64,000 bases of DNA from Candidatus Bathyarchaeota archaeon (GCA_963771885.1 CAVYVF010000023.1:544001-608000), one strand, 5' to 3'; positions 1 through 9,987 are shown, counted from the first letter of the stretch. The notes: generated by a model not told the origin, from the letters alone. Program-made: numbers and translations.

Positions 1-1170
1 GTATTTGACGAGATGATCCAGAAGAAAGTCAAGGGCGCCGTCGTCATCACAAGCGGTTTCGGCGAGACCGGCGAGGAAGGCGCGAAGCTCATCGCTAGTG
101 TCAAGGAGAAGGCTGCTGGCAATTTCCGCTTCGTCGGACCAAACTGCATGGGTGTAAGCAGCAGCGAGTCCAAGTTCAGCGCCCTCATGGTCCCCCTCGT
201 AAGCAAGGAGGGCGAGGTCGCTTTCATTAGTCAGAGCGGAGGCTACGGGCTACAGCTCTTCCTACGTGCAAACGCATTGGGAGTTGGAATAAGCAAATTC
301 GTCAGCAGCGGAAACGAGACCGACCTCAAGGGCTGGGAGTACTGCAACCATTTCGCCGAGGATCCAACCACGAAGGTCCTCTGTATGTACATCGAAGGTC
401 TCAAGGAGGGACGCAAGTGGTTCGAAGCAGCCAAGCAGATCACTAAGAGGAAGCCGATAGTCGCCATCAAGGTTGGCGTAACTGAGGCTGGCAGCAAGGC
501 AGCAGCCAGTCACACCGGCTCCATCGCTGGTAGTGACAAGGTCTACGACGCAGCTTTCAGGCAGGCGGGTGTCATACGAGCGGGAGACGCAGCCGAGATG
601 TTCGACTACGTCAAGGGACTCCTTTACTGTCCACTCCCGAAGGGACCGAATATCGGCATCGTCAGCAACTCTGGAGGAGTAGCCGTTGAGACGGCCGATA
701 GGCTCATCATGAACAACCTTAAGGTCCCCACACTCAGCGAGGCGGCGCAAAGCGAGATCAAGACCGTCATCCCCGCCTTCGGTAGTGCGAGGAACCCCGT
801 CGACCTCACAGCCAACCTCGACGTCTGGAAGCTCGGCCAGGTAGCCGAGATGGTCCTCAAGCAGCCGGAGATCGACGGGCTCATTACAATCGGGCTGGGC
901 ACCGCGATGGTCAAGGCGATGTTCCCCGACGTCGACCAGGAGACACTCACGGGACTCATCAAGATGATCGATAACAACCTTATCTCGACCTACAAGAAGT
1001 TCGAGAAGCCAACTATCATCATCGAGCCATCTGCCGACGTCGAGCCCGAGTCAGCGAAGATGTTGGAGGCGGCGAGGGTCCCCGTCTATACCACCCCAGA
1101 GAGGGCGGCGGACGTCATGGGAGTCCTCTACAGGCGCAAGCTCTACCTAGATAAGGTAGGCTCCGCCTAA
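1..1170 (+). CDS. acdA: Acyl-CoA synthetase (NDP-forming) alpha-type subunit, 5'-truncated by window edge
   Basis: GPNCMG, SQSGG, VSSGNETD, phospho-His motif AASHTGSIAG, NPVDLT; frame open from base 1. Confidence 0.9.
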   Translation, partial: VFDEMIQKKVKGAVVITSGFGETGEEGAKLIASVKEKAAGNFRFVGPNCMGVSSSESKFSALMVPLVSKEGEVAFISQSGGYGLQLFLRANALGVGISKFVSSGNETDLKGWEYCNHFAEDPTTKVLCMYIEGLKEGRKWFEAAKQITKRKPIVAIKVGVTEAGSKAAASHTGSIAGSDKVYDAAFRQAGVIRAGDAAEMFDYVKGLLYCPLPKGPNIGIVSNSGGVAVETADRLIMNNLKVPTLSEAAQSEIKTVIPAFGSARNPVDLTANLDVWKLGQVAEMVLKQPEIDGLITIGLGTAMVKAMFPDVDQETLTGLIKMIDNNLISTYKKFEKPTIIIEPSADVEPESAKMLEAARVPVYTTPERAADVMGVLYRRKLYLDKVGSA

Positions 1171-1250
1171 TCATTACCTAATTCGGTTCATTAATCTGGT
1201 TTATTGATCCTTTAGGGTCTTATACGGGGGTTCCCGATTTTTTCGCTGGG

Positions 1251-1544
1251 ATGTCGAGGAACAAGGTTGTAGAGGTCGGCGGGAAAAGGTACACGGTCAG
1301 GGGGATCACCTTCGAGGAGTTCGTCAAGCTTGGGTCCATGGGCTCAGAGTCGAAGGATAGCAAGGAGATCGTCGCCGAGGTTATCCAGAGGTGCCTCATA
1401 GAGCCAAAGCTCAAGTCCGAGCAGATAACTGGGCTTGACAATAAGACCCTCGTTATACTCGTTACTATCGCGCTCGACATCGCTAAGAGTGGTCTCGAGG
1501 GCATAGGGGTCGTCTCGATGCCGAGCGCTCCCTCCGCTACGTGA
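1251..1544 (+). CDS. Hypothetical protein (97 aa), weak resemblance to phage tail-assembly-chaperone-like proteins
   Basis: ATG-started ORF with host-like codon usage filling the gap between genes; T-rich/TATA-like sequence upstream. Confidence 0.65.
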   Translation: MSRNKVVEVGGKRYTVRGITFEEFVKLGSMGSESKDSKEIVAEVIQRCLIEPKLKSEQITGLDNKTLVILVTIALDIAKSGLEGIGVVSMPSAPSAT

Positions 1545-1557
1545 CCTTCTGCGATTT

Positions 1558-2339
1558 TTACTTGAGCTTCTTCCTCGCCCAGTCGGCGAGCTCCTTCCCT
1601 GTCGGGAACCAGACGTCGCCGCCCTCTTTCGCCTCGGAGACGAGCCTTTCTAGTACTTTGAGTCGGCTGAGTTTACCGATGCACTCGGGGTGACAGGTGA
1701 GCCCAAAGTATAGACCCGCTTCGTGTATCGCCTCCCACTCCGGCTTCCAGAGTTGGTACACCTGCTCAGGTGCGCTCCTGTCCATCTCGAAGTGGGGCCA
1801 GTCGTCGAGCAGCCACTCGACTGGAAGTTCCACGAACCCGTGGGTTTACCTTTATGGTCGAGCATGTAAGGCATATCATCGTCCATCATGTTACTGCTAT
1901 ACTTGAAGCCAAGGCGCTTCATGTGGTTGATGCTGCGGTCGCCGAACATCCAGTAAGGGGCGCGGTATCCATCCGGCTTTACGCCCACCTTCTCCAGCGC
2001 AGCCATGCTCCTTTCCCAGACGTCTGCCTCCTTCTCGGCGGTGAGGTCGGTCATCTTCTCGTGTGCGTAGCTGTGCGCACCGATCTCGTGCTCCCTGCTC
2101 AGAATTTCCTTGACCGAGTCGGGGTGGTTGTCGCACGTCCAACCCGGAATGAAGAACGTCGTCTTCAACTCGTACCTATCAAGCAGGTCGAGTATACGGG
2201 GGATCGCGACACGCGGCGCGTAGCGCCCCTTGCTCAGCGATGAGAGATCGTCCGGGGTCTTCCATGTCTCCGCGCTAGAAGCGTCGTAGTCGAAGCTCAG
2301 GAAGAAGCAACTCTTGTAGCCCTTGGGCCAGAAACCCAT
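1558..2339 (-). CDS. Polysaccharide deacetylase (CE4, PgdA/PuuE-like), one frameshift near 1838
   Basis: LSFDYD, TFFIPG, HEIGAHSYAHE, GYRAPYW in 1650..2342; ELPVEWLLDDWP and TCHPECIG continue in 1558..1833. Confidence 0.85.
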
Positions 2340-2435
2340 CAATACACCGGTTGGATACCCGTGCCGAAACAGATTTTAAACCTTCTACCCAACGCGGGGA
2401 AACCCTCATCACCCGCACCCGCAGAGTGGATCGGG

Positions 2436-3206
2436 ATGAAAAGCGGCGCTCTCGAACGTGCATTCACCACCCGCTTACTGGCGATGACGAATGGCGAGCC
2501 ACTTGAGGTGAACGCACTACGCGACTCCCTGCGTATAACCGCCGAGGCTTTCGACTCGTTGATGCAGAGCTTCTCCGACAGCGGGCTACTCTCGATCCAG
2601 AATGGATCCATCTTTCTTAGTTTGGAGCAGAGGCTCGACATCGCCATGAGGGCGATCGAGGTAGGCGCCGACCCTGAGGCGGTTAGCAGGTGCCTCGGCT
2701 GGCTTGAGTTCGAGGAACTCTCGGCGAGGGTATTCGAGTCTAACGGGTTCCGCGTCATGCGCCGGTTCAGGTTCACGGCCGAGGGGAGACGTTGGGAGCT
2801 CGATCTCCTAGCCGTCTGCACCCCCTACCTCGTCTGCTGCGAATGCAAACACTGGGGCAAGGGAATGGGGAACCAGACAGCGAGGAGTATCATAGAGATA
2901 CACCTTGAGAAAGTGGAGGTATTTTCCAAGCACATCGAGGGACTAAGGGAGCGTATAGGTATCTGTGGCTGGTCGCGAGCTGTAGCACTGCCGATGGCTC
3001 TAACTCTATCCGCGACGCCGATGGAGCTATACCGACGCGTCCCCTCCGTTTCTGTCCTATCCCTCCCAAGCTTCATAAACGAATTCAGGGGCCAACTCGA
3101 ACGCCTCGCTAACTTCAAGCTAGAGTTGACCCCAGTAAAAACCAAAAATAAACAGACTAAACCGAAGAATGGGGTCAGCGGCTCCAGGCGAGCTCGCCGT
3201 CGATGA
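2436..3206 (+). CDS. Mrr/restriction-endonuclease-like PD-(D/E)XK protein with N-terminal helical (wHTH-like) region; start uncertain
   Basis: W.EFEELSARVFESNGF...ELDLLA...CECKHW matches the Mrr-like nuclease pattern. Confidence 0.7.
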   Translation: MKSGALERAFTTRLLAMTNGEPLEVNALRDSLRITAEAFDSLMQSFSDSGLLSIQNGSIFLSLEQRLDIAMRAIEVGADPEAVSRCLGWLEFEELSARVFESNGFRVMRRFRFTAEGRRWELDLLAVCTPYLVCCECKHWGKGMGNQTARSIIEIHLEKVEVFSKHIEGLRERIGICGWSRAVALPMALTLSATPMELYRRVPSVSVLSLPSFINEFRGQLERLANFKLELTPVKTKNKQTKPKNGVSGSRRARRR

Positions 3207-4359
3207 TTACCTTCTCGACCTTCGTCTTGAGTTCGAGTGGGTCACCACTTAGAATGCGTATATCGGCATCCTTGCCCTTCTCGAGACTTCCAACGCGTTC
3301 ACCGACCCCAATTATCTTGGCGGGGTTGATGGTTATCGCCTTCAGCGCCTCCTCGTAGGGCAGACCCTCCCTGCAGGCGAGACCCGCGCAGATGGGGAGG
3401 AACGCGATCGTGCTACCCACTGCATCCGTCTGGATGGCGAAGAAGACGCCAGCGTCGAAAAGCGCCTTTGGCGTCTCGAAGCTGAGTTCCCTCATCTCCC
3501 ACTTGCCCCTCGCTGTGAGGCTAGGTCCCCAGATGGCGGGCACCTTCTTCTCCGCGAGCCACTTTGCTACGCGGTGTCCCTCCGTCGCATGCTCCCAGCT
3601 CATCTGGAGCCCGAATTCCTCGCATATCCTGATTGCTGTGGCGACGTCGTCCGCCCTGTGGGCGTGTGCCCTTAGGGGTATCTGTTTCTTCACGACTGGC
3701 ATGAGTGCTTCGAGGCGTGGGTCTCTCTCCGGCATCTTGATCGGATCTTTCTGCTGTCTCGCGGACTCCGTCTTCTCCGCGTAGAGAAGTGCCTTGTTTA
3801 GCCACTCCCTCATGAGGGCGGCTACGCCCATGCGTGTGCTGGGCATCTTCTTGTACTCGACGCCATAGACGCGGCGCGGGTTCTCCCCGAAGGCGACTTT
3901 CATCCCTGAGGGGTTCTTTATCACCATTTCGTCGACTGTGACCTTGCGCGCTGTCTTTACGACTACGCCGGTGCCGCCGATCACGTTGGCGCTCCCCGGT
4001 AGTATCTGTGCCGTTGTGACCCCCGTGCAGAGAGCCGCTGCAAGCCCCGACTCGTCCGCATTAGCCTTGATGCCGTCGATCGCCCTCATGTGGGGCGTAA
4101 TCGGCTCCGTCGCCTCGTTACCGTCGCTGCCGTACCACCCAACGGACTCCTCCCAGATCCCTATGTGGCAGTGAGCCTCGACCAGTCCAGGCATCACTAC
4201 CTTCCTGTTAGCGTTGATGACCTTCGCGTCGGCGGGGATCTTGACGTCCTTGCCAACCGCCTTTATCTTTCCCTTCTCGATGAGTATCACGCCGCCGTCG
4301 ATGACGCCGTTCGTGATTGTGAGAACCTTGCCACCTTTTATCGCGAGCATTTGAACCAC
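3175..4359 (-). CDS. Metal-dependent amidohydrolase (imidazolonepropionase-like superfamily)
   Basis: MPGLVEAHCHIG, MKVAFGENP, HAHRADD, HATEG, ITINPAKIIG, GSLEKGKDAD. Confidence 0.9.
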   Translation of the reverse strand: MVQMLAIKGGKVLTITNGVIDGGVILIEKGKIKAVGKDVKIPADAKVINANRKVVMPGLVEAHCHIGIWEESVGWYGSDGNEATEPITPHMRAIDGIKANADESGLAAALCTGVTTAQILPGSANVIGGTGVVVKTARKVTVDEMVIKNPSGMKVAFGENPRRVYGVEYKKMPSTRMGVAALMREWLNKALLYAEKTESARQQKDPIKMPERDPRLEALMPVVKKQIPLRAHAHRADDVATAIRICEEFGLQMSWEHATEGHRVAKWLAEKKVPAIWGPSLTARGKWEMRELSFETPKALFDAGVFFAIQTDAVGSTIAFLPICAGLACREGLPYEEALKAITINPAKIIGVGERVGSLEKGKDADIRILSGDPLELKTKVEKVIIDGELAWSR

Positions 4360-4465
4360 GGCTTACACTTAGGGTGATTTGATATTTTAGCCTTAAACCA
4401 TTAAGCCGCAGCACCTATTGAGCCGAAAGAAGGCTGAAACGAACACCGTGCCAACTAACCTGTCG

Positions 4466-4495
4466 AAAAAATGGGAAAAAGAAAGGAAAGGTGGG
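4466..4495 (-). terminator. Pyrimidine/oligo-U tract after the membrane operon
   Basis: Minus strand reads CCTTTCCTTTCTTTTTCCCATTTTTT just after the TAA at 4502-4504. Confidence 0.5.
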
Positions 4496-4501
4496 TTAGG
4501 G

Positions 4502-5228
4502 TTACTGCTTCTTGTTCCTCTGCATGAGGTCGTAGCCGATCATCGTCGCGAGCATTATCAACGCGATGACGATGAAGGCTGGTACTGCTTCCGCGTGGGT
4601 TCGGAGTGATGCCCAGCAGGAACTGTGCGCGTCCGATGAACATGCTGTACCTTGTGAGTATCGTGTAGCCGAAGCCAGCTCCGAAGCCGGCCATCATCGT
4701 GTACCTCGCAACCCTGTCGATGACCTTCATTGGGGTGGAGTCCCTGTAACTTCCAGTGAACCAGAAGTATAGGACTACACATGGCACCATTATGAAGATC
4801 ATGATGTTGTTGAAGGATTTCATCAGGTCGCCTGCGACCCATAGGTTGAGCTTCGCTTGGGCGATTATCTGCGTCGTGAACTGGGCGAAGATGACCGTCC
4901 TGAGTGCAGCGCCTATGCCTGTGCCTACGATGATGGCGAGTGGCCAGCGGTAGAGGTAGAAGTATTGCTTCGTGAAACGGAAGTACCAGAGCAGCCCAAC
5001 CAGAATTGCTAGGGCGTAGCCGATCATCATTATCGATGATGATGACCATTGCCCCGCCCACTGGTCGCGGACGTACTTCATGTCGAGGGCGACTTGGTAC
5101 CCTACGGCGAGCCCTAGGAATACTGACTCTGCGAACCTATACCATGGGTTCTCCTTGTATAGGATAGTGTAGATGGCTAGTGTGAAGAAGACTGCTGAGT
5201 ATACGCCTAGTAGCTGTATTAGTTCCAT
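4502..5228 (-). CDS. Multi-pass membrane protein (gene D of DUF6754-type operon), frameshift near 4595
   Basis: About 7 hydrophobic segments; removing one base after ITPNP restores a hydrophobic tail AEAVPAFIVIALIMLATMIGYDLMQRNKKQ*; start overlaps upstream stop. Confidence 0.8.
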
Positions 5229-6058
5229 TATTTCTTCTTCCCCCTGTTGACGAAGTAGGCTATGTTACCCAGGACTACCAGTGCGACGACGAGTATGTGG
5301 CTCATAGAGACGGCGTCTACGCCTGCGATGGCGAGTCCCTTTCTGTTGAGCAGGAGCTCATACTCTGCGCTCGACGTAAGGCCGGGCAGCAGGGCGTTGA
5401 GTTGTCCTGACTGGAGGAAGGGTGCCATTCCAGGTGCTGAGACTCCGATGCAGCCGACGACGATGGGTGTCTTGTATGGCTCGTTCCACTGGCGGAGCCA
5501 CTCGGTGAGCCCGGGTGTACCAGTCTCGATGCTGATGATGAGGTCGATGTCGTTTGCGCTGTTTACAGTCTGCATTATCGGGAACTCGCTAAGGTTCTTG
5601 CCCTCGATATAGTCCTTAGCGACAGCCTTCGCCATGTCGTCACCGAACGCCCTCATGGCGGGTTCGCTTCCGGGGATGTAGCCGAGGTTGATCCAGTCCT
5701 CGCCGTAGACCTTACCGTAGCTGGTCGGGTCCATCTGGGCGAGGAGCTGCGTGAAAACAAGCGGTCCCTCCGCCCAGAAACTCACGACGATGACCTTGAC
5801 GTCTTTGCTCCATAACTGGTGCATGGTGGCTAGGGTCATCGGGAAGAGCTCAGGCATCCCGGATGTGCCGTACATGGGTGCGAATACAACTGTGCTCCCG
5901 TCTGGTATGTCGCTGATCGCCTTGAACCACTGCTGTGATTCCTTGTTGATTGGGACGGGGAGTCCTAGTGGGTAGATGAGTGGGAAGAGTACGAAGAGCC
6001 ATGAGAGAAGATAGACCCAGCGTCTATCTAGGTTCTCAAACTTGTCGAAGAACGACAT
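5228..6058 (-). CDS. Membrane protein, TM-soluble domain-TM (gene C of DUF6754-type operon)
   Basis: N-terminal TM (WVYLLSWLFVLFPLIYPLGL), YGEDWINLGYIPG motif, C-terminal TM; 1-bp overlaps with both neighbours. Confidence 0.85.
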   Translation of the reverse strand: MSFFDKFENLDRRWVYLLSWLFVLFPLIYPLGLPVPINKESQQWFKAISDIPDGSTVVFAPMYGTSGMPELFPMTLATMHQLWSKDVKVIVVSFWAEGPLVFTQLLAQMDPTSYGKVYGEDWINLGYIPGSEPAMRAFGDDMAKAVAKDYIEGKNLSEFPIMQTVNSANDIDLIISIETGTPGLTEWLRQWNEPYKTPIVVGCIGVSAPGMAPFLQSGQLNALLPGLTSSAEYELLLNRKGLAIAGVDAVSMSHILVVALVVLGNIAYFVNRGKKK

Positions 6059-6711
6059 TAGTCACTGCCTCCCCTGAGGTAGCCACGCTCGATGCCCATC
6101 AGAGTCCTGACGGCGAGGGCGATAGCCCCCAGCGCCGCACCGATTGTAACCGCCCTGTTAGTCGCCATGTTGGGTACATCGTAGATCCACTGGCCGATTA
6201 TCCTAAAACCAGGCCACGACGCCGTGAATACTGGTGCATTGTACATGACCATGGCTAAACCAGCTACGAGTACGAGGGTCGCCTCGATATTCTTAGCTCT
6301 GAAGGCGCGGTAAGCCGCCGACGTAATGAAGAAGGCGATGATTCCGTACATCGTGCCCGAGAGCGGGGTTTGGCCGTATGTGAACAACCACTGGTAAACA
6401 GCGTTAGTAGTTCCTAGGCCGACCTCTGCGAATGGCAGGCCCGTTATGGACATTATCACCGTAGCGATTAGTACAACCACACTGAAGTACCACCCCTTGC
6501 CTCTTTTCTGGACCGCCTTGCCGTGGACCTGCATCAGGCTGAGTGGCCCGATGAAGGTGGCCCACGCGACAACTAGAATGACCCAGAGGTTTACTGTGTT
6601 AGCCGTGTCGTTGATGACGGGTATGTTGATGTAGTAGGGTATGACCTGAAGCAGCGTAGCGATAATCGTGAGGAAGATGGGTATCTCGATTCTTCTAAGC
6701 ACGTTACTCAT
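6058..6711 (-). CDS. Multi-pass membrane protein (gene B of DUF6754-type operon)
   Basis: About 6 TM segments; AFFITSAAYRAF and NRAVTIGAALGAIALAVRTLMGIER motifs; GGTGA RBS upstream. Confidence 0.85.
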   Translation of the reverse strand: MSNVLRRIEIPIFLTIIATLLQVIPYYINIPVINDTANTVNLWVILVVAWATFIGPLSLMQVHGKAVQKRGKGWYFSVVVLIATVIMSITGLPFAEVGLGTTNAVYQWLFTYGQTPLSGTMYGIIAFFITSAAYRAFRAKNIEATLVLVAGLAMVMYNAPVFTASWPGFRIIGQWIYDVPNMATNRAVTIGAALGAIALAVRTLMGIERGYLRGGSD

Positions 6712-6715
6712 AGTA

Positions 6716-7513
6716 TCACCACGACATTACTGTCAGGAGCGGGTTCCCAGCGGCGGTGAGTGCCGTCGTGAGTAGCGCCCCGACTATGCCGAGTATGACG
6801 GCGATTATCCTTCCGAAGTCCTGGCCAGCGAGGCTCGCGATGAGTGGCGCCTCGTTCGTCAGGTATGCTCCGGCGGCGTAGATCTCCTCGCCAATAAGGC
6901 AATAGTCTGTGGAGACGAGGAAGAAGGGTATCTGGCTGGTCTGGGCCGTGCCACTGATCTGCATTGCGCCGACGCGGCTGCCGGTCTCGGCTAGCTGCAT
7001 CGATTCGGCCCAGTAGGCGCCGATCATGATGTTGGCGCCGGGTTTCTCCCTCATGAGAAGGCCGATGTAGTTGCTTGAGAATCCGAACTGTTCGCTGCTG
7101 AGGTACATGATGTCACTCTGCTGGTACTCCTCTCCCTTGCCCGCCATCTTGTAGGCGGTCTCGACGACATCAGCGGCGATGGGCCACACCTCCGGTTGGC
7201 GTACCGGAACGATTAGGCGTGTGCTGACCTCGGCACACTTCTTGGCCACGTAGCTGAGGACGCTGAGACCGGCGATGGTTTGCGGGCCGGTTGTCGAGTC
7301 CCTGAGGTTGGCGATGCCGTGGCTGGCTATCACGGGGCGGCCCATCTCGACGGCTCGGCCTATCGCCTCGTCGATGGCGTCTATGCCGGGAATCCGTCGG
7401 ACCTTGGGAACCTTGCCCCCCTGAGCCCGCCTGATGAAATAAGCGACTGCCAACATGATCGCTAGTAGGCAGACAAATCCGAACATCCTATTTGCTATCA
7501 GAATTGAAGCCAA
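6716..7513 (-). CDS. DUF6754-like membrane protein (gene A of operon)
   Basis: RRIPGIDAIDEAIGRAVEMGRP, GAYWAESMQLAETG, QIPFF...DYCLIGEEIYAAGAYL; TTG start behind GGAGG RBS. Confidence 0.85.
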   Translation of the reverse strand: MASILIANRMFGFVCLLAIMLAVAYFIRRAQGGKVPKVRRIPGIDAIDEAIGRAVEMGRPVIASHGIANLRDSTTGPQTIAGLSVLSYVAKKCAEVSTRLIVPVRQPEVWPIAADVVETAYKMAGKGEEYQQSDIMYLSSEQFGFSSNYIGLLMREKPGANIMIGAYWAESMQLAETGSRVGAMQISGTAQTSQIPFFLVSTDYCLIGEEIYAAGAYLTNEAPLIASLAGQDFGRIIAVILGIVGALLTTALTAAGNPLLTVMSW

Positions 7514-7524
7514 TCTTTAGCCTC

Positions 7525-7660
7525 CGTTTAGGCAAAAATTAATCAGTCCTAAAGCGTATTTAAGATTTAATTCGATGGAAACTAAATAAAAGCAATAATT
7601 ATGGGATAATACTGATAATTTTCTTACAAACAATATAACTATTTGGAATTCTCTATAGAT
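7525..7660 (-). promoter_or_regulatory. AT-rich promoter region of the four-gene membrane operon
   Basis: Sharp AT enrichment against the GC-rich background, with TATA-like boxes (e.g. CTTAAATA about 45 nt before the start). Confidence 0.5.
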
Positions 7661-7987
7661 GCGATTGAGGCATACGCGGGTCAAGTTGACGTGTTTGCGG
7701 CGGTTACTGCGGAGGGAATTCTCCTTCTCTTCCTCATTTAGGGCGAGCCTCTGCTCCATGGTTGTCTCGTAGTACTCGATTTCGTTTGCCCATAGTCCCT
7801 TTGACCCTCCTGCGCTCTGTCCGAGTGGTGACGGAAATCGCCTCCCCCGAAGCCATGAACCTCGGACTTGGTAGCTCTTCTAAAGACCTTGGCTCGAAGC
7901 CAGCGCCTCGAAGATTATTATGAAGAGAACCAAGTTATTGACAGTCCAATTCTATGTAACAGTATTGGGTGCGGGGATAAAGTGTGG

Positions 7988-9823
7988 CTACTTGAGCCTG
8001 ACGACCTTGTTAAGGGCTTCAGCTTCCTGCTCGAGGCCTAGCTTCCTCATCGTCGCCTTCGTCGGTATGCCCCTAACGTCCCAGCCCCGCTTCTCGTAGT
8101 AGTCCGAGAGGAGGCCATCATACTTTGCCTTGTCGAGCTTCTTCCCTGCGAGTGGTCCCTCGGTTAGTGGCTCCTTGAACCAGCGCTCCGGCGGATAGTC
8201 CTGAGCACAATCCCACTTACCGTTGAACTCACGTACCCAAAATGCGCGTATAAGGGCATAGACGCGGTCACCAAGCGTCCACATGTCGTCGAGGCTCCAC
8301 TTGAGCCCGGTCGCCGCCTCCATATAACGTGGGTAATGATCGACCTCAAATCCCAACTCGATCCAAGGGAACCTACAAGCGACGAGGCTCTCAAACATAC
8401 CACCGCGTATCCGCTGGAACTCAATGACTTTATCGGCCTTCTCTGGTCCATACTCCTCACGCTTCCCCGTGCTTATCTCCCAGCTTATCACCCATGCGTC
8501 TTTATGGTGGGCGCCTATGGGGCTGGTTCCGAAGCTTAGGCTCATCCCCGGGCAGAGGTGGCAGTCGTATGCGCTGCACTCGAGGCCCTTAACCTGCATC
8601 GCGAAGTCTATGGAGCCCTTTCCGATAATGTCGGCAGCAGCCTTCGTGCCGAGGCCGAAGACGGCGCCATGGCCCCGCATGTAAGCCATGTCCTCGAGGA
8701 GCCTCTGGGATCCCTCGAAGTCGCCCCAGCTGAGCTTGAGGTCCTTAACCATATTCTTCTCACTGCACTCCATGGCGAAGCCGATAGCGCTGCCGGCACT
8801 GATGGTGTCGAGGCCAAGCATGTCACACATCCTGTTGAGGCGACCGACCTGTTTGAGGTCGCCGACACCGATGTTGCTGCCGAGCATTACGACGTTCTCG
8901 TAGTCGAGTTCGGACTCCTCGCCGTTTGTGTCGAGGATGACGTTTCCACATATCATATTGCAGTTGGGGCAACCTCGCTGCTTGACAGTCGACGCCTCCA
9001 TGGTGTTGCCGTCGATCTCCTTGCTGTGATCGAAGACGCCCTCGCGGAAGTTACGGGTAGGAAGGGTAGAAGCTGCCTGACACCATTCGACTGTCGCCAT
9101 CGTACCCTGTGCCTTCCAGTGTTTGTAGTTGGGTCGCTTAAGTAGGTCAAGGAAGTCCTCCTTACCCATCTTCTTGAGGGCGTCCATGTCTGCGACGGGT
9201 ATCTCACCGGTGCCGTGGATGACGACCGCTTTCAGGTTCTTGCTGCCCATGACGGCGCCCATCCCGGGGCGGCCGCCAGCACGTCCCTCCTGAGACACCA
9301 CGGTGGCGAACCTACAGAGATTCTCGCCGCTCTGCCCAATGCTGAGGACGCCGGCGGTGGCTCCGTGTTCCGCCTTAAGGCGCTTCTCCGTCTCGTAGCT
9401 GTCTTTGCCCCAGAGGTCCTCGGCGATCCTGAGCTGGACCTCATCGTCGCTTATCCAGACATAGGTGGGCTTCTTCGCCTTGCCGGTGACTACGATGCCG
9501 TCCAAGCCCGCCTTGCGCATATTGGGAGAAGCCATGGTGCCGAGGTTGCCGTCCCCGTAGCCCCCGGTGAGGGGGCTCTTGGCAGCGACGACCATCTTAC
9601 CGCTATTCACTGCGGGCAACCCCGCATAGAGTCCGCCAGCGAAGACGAGGATATTCTTGGGACCGAGCGGGTCGATGCCGGGTTCCATTTCATCCCAGAG
9701 CAGCTTAACGGCGAGTCCGCGCCCGCCTATGAACTTCTTGGCGAGTTCCTCCGAGTACTCGGCGTGAACCGCTTTTCCTTTCGTGAGATCGACCCTTAGT
9801 AGGCGCCCAGTCCACCCCTTCAT
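7988..9823 (-). CDS. for: Tungsten-dependent aldehyde:ferredoxin oxidoreductase, FOR-like
   Basis: MKGWTGRLLRVDLT, IGGRGL, AKSPLTGGYGDGNLG, QEGRAGGRPGMGAVMGSKNLKA, CPNCNMICG, GTSPIGAHHKDAWVI resemble Thermococcales FOR; start placed at ATG 9823 after GGTGT. Confidence 0.88.
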   Translation of the reverse strand: MKGWTGRLLRVDLTKGKAVHAEYSEELAKKFIGGRGLAVKLLWDEMEPGIDPLGPKNILVFAGGLYAGLPAVNSGKMVVAAKSPLTGGYGDGNLGTMASPNMRKAGLDGIVVTGKAKKPTYVWISDDEVQLRIAEDLWGKDSYETEKRLKAEHGATAGVLSIGQSGENLCRFATVVSQEGRAGGRPGMGAVMGSKNLKAVVIHGTGEIPVADMDALKKMGKEDFLDLLKRPNYKHWKAQGTMATVEWCQAASTLPTRNFREGVFDHSKEIDGNTMEASTVKQRGCPNCNMICGNVILDTNGEESELDYENVVMLGSNIGVGDLKQVGRLNRMCDMLGLDTISAGSAIGFAMECSEKNMVKDLKLSWGDFEGSQRLLEDMAYMRGHGAVFGLGTKAAADIIGKGSIDFAMQVKGLECSAYDCHLCPGMSLSFGTSPIGAHHKDAWVISWEISTGKREEYGPEKADKVIEFQRIRGGMFESLVACRFPWIELGFEVDHYPRYMEAATGLKWSLDDMWTLGDRVYALIRAFWVREFNGKWDCAQDYPPERWFKEPLTEGPLAGKKLDKAKYDGLLSDYYEKRGWDVRGIPTKATMRKLGLEQEAEALNKVVRLK

Positions 9824-9987
9824 GTGACACACCTGAAGGCTGTTGAGATTGAAGGTTGATAAAGATTGAGCCATCGAGATGTTTAGTAATTCATATCGTT
9901 TTATGGTGTGAGGAAAATGCACAACTGAAAATCAGGGGGTGTATCAGGGCTTATATCCCCACGCGGGTAGACCGATAGAGACAATCT

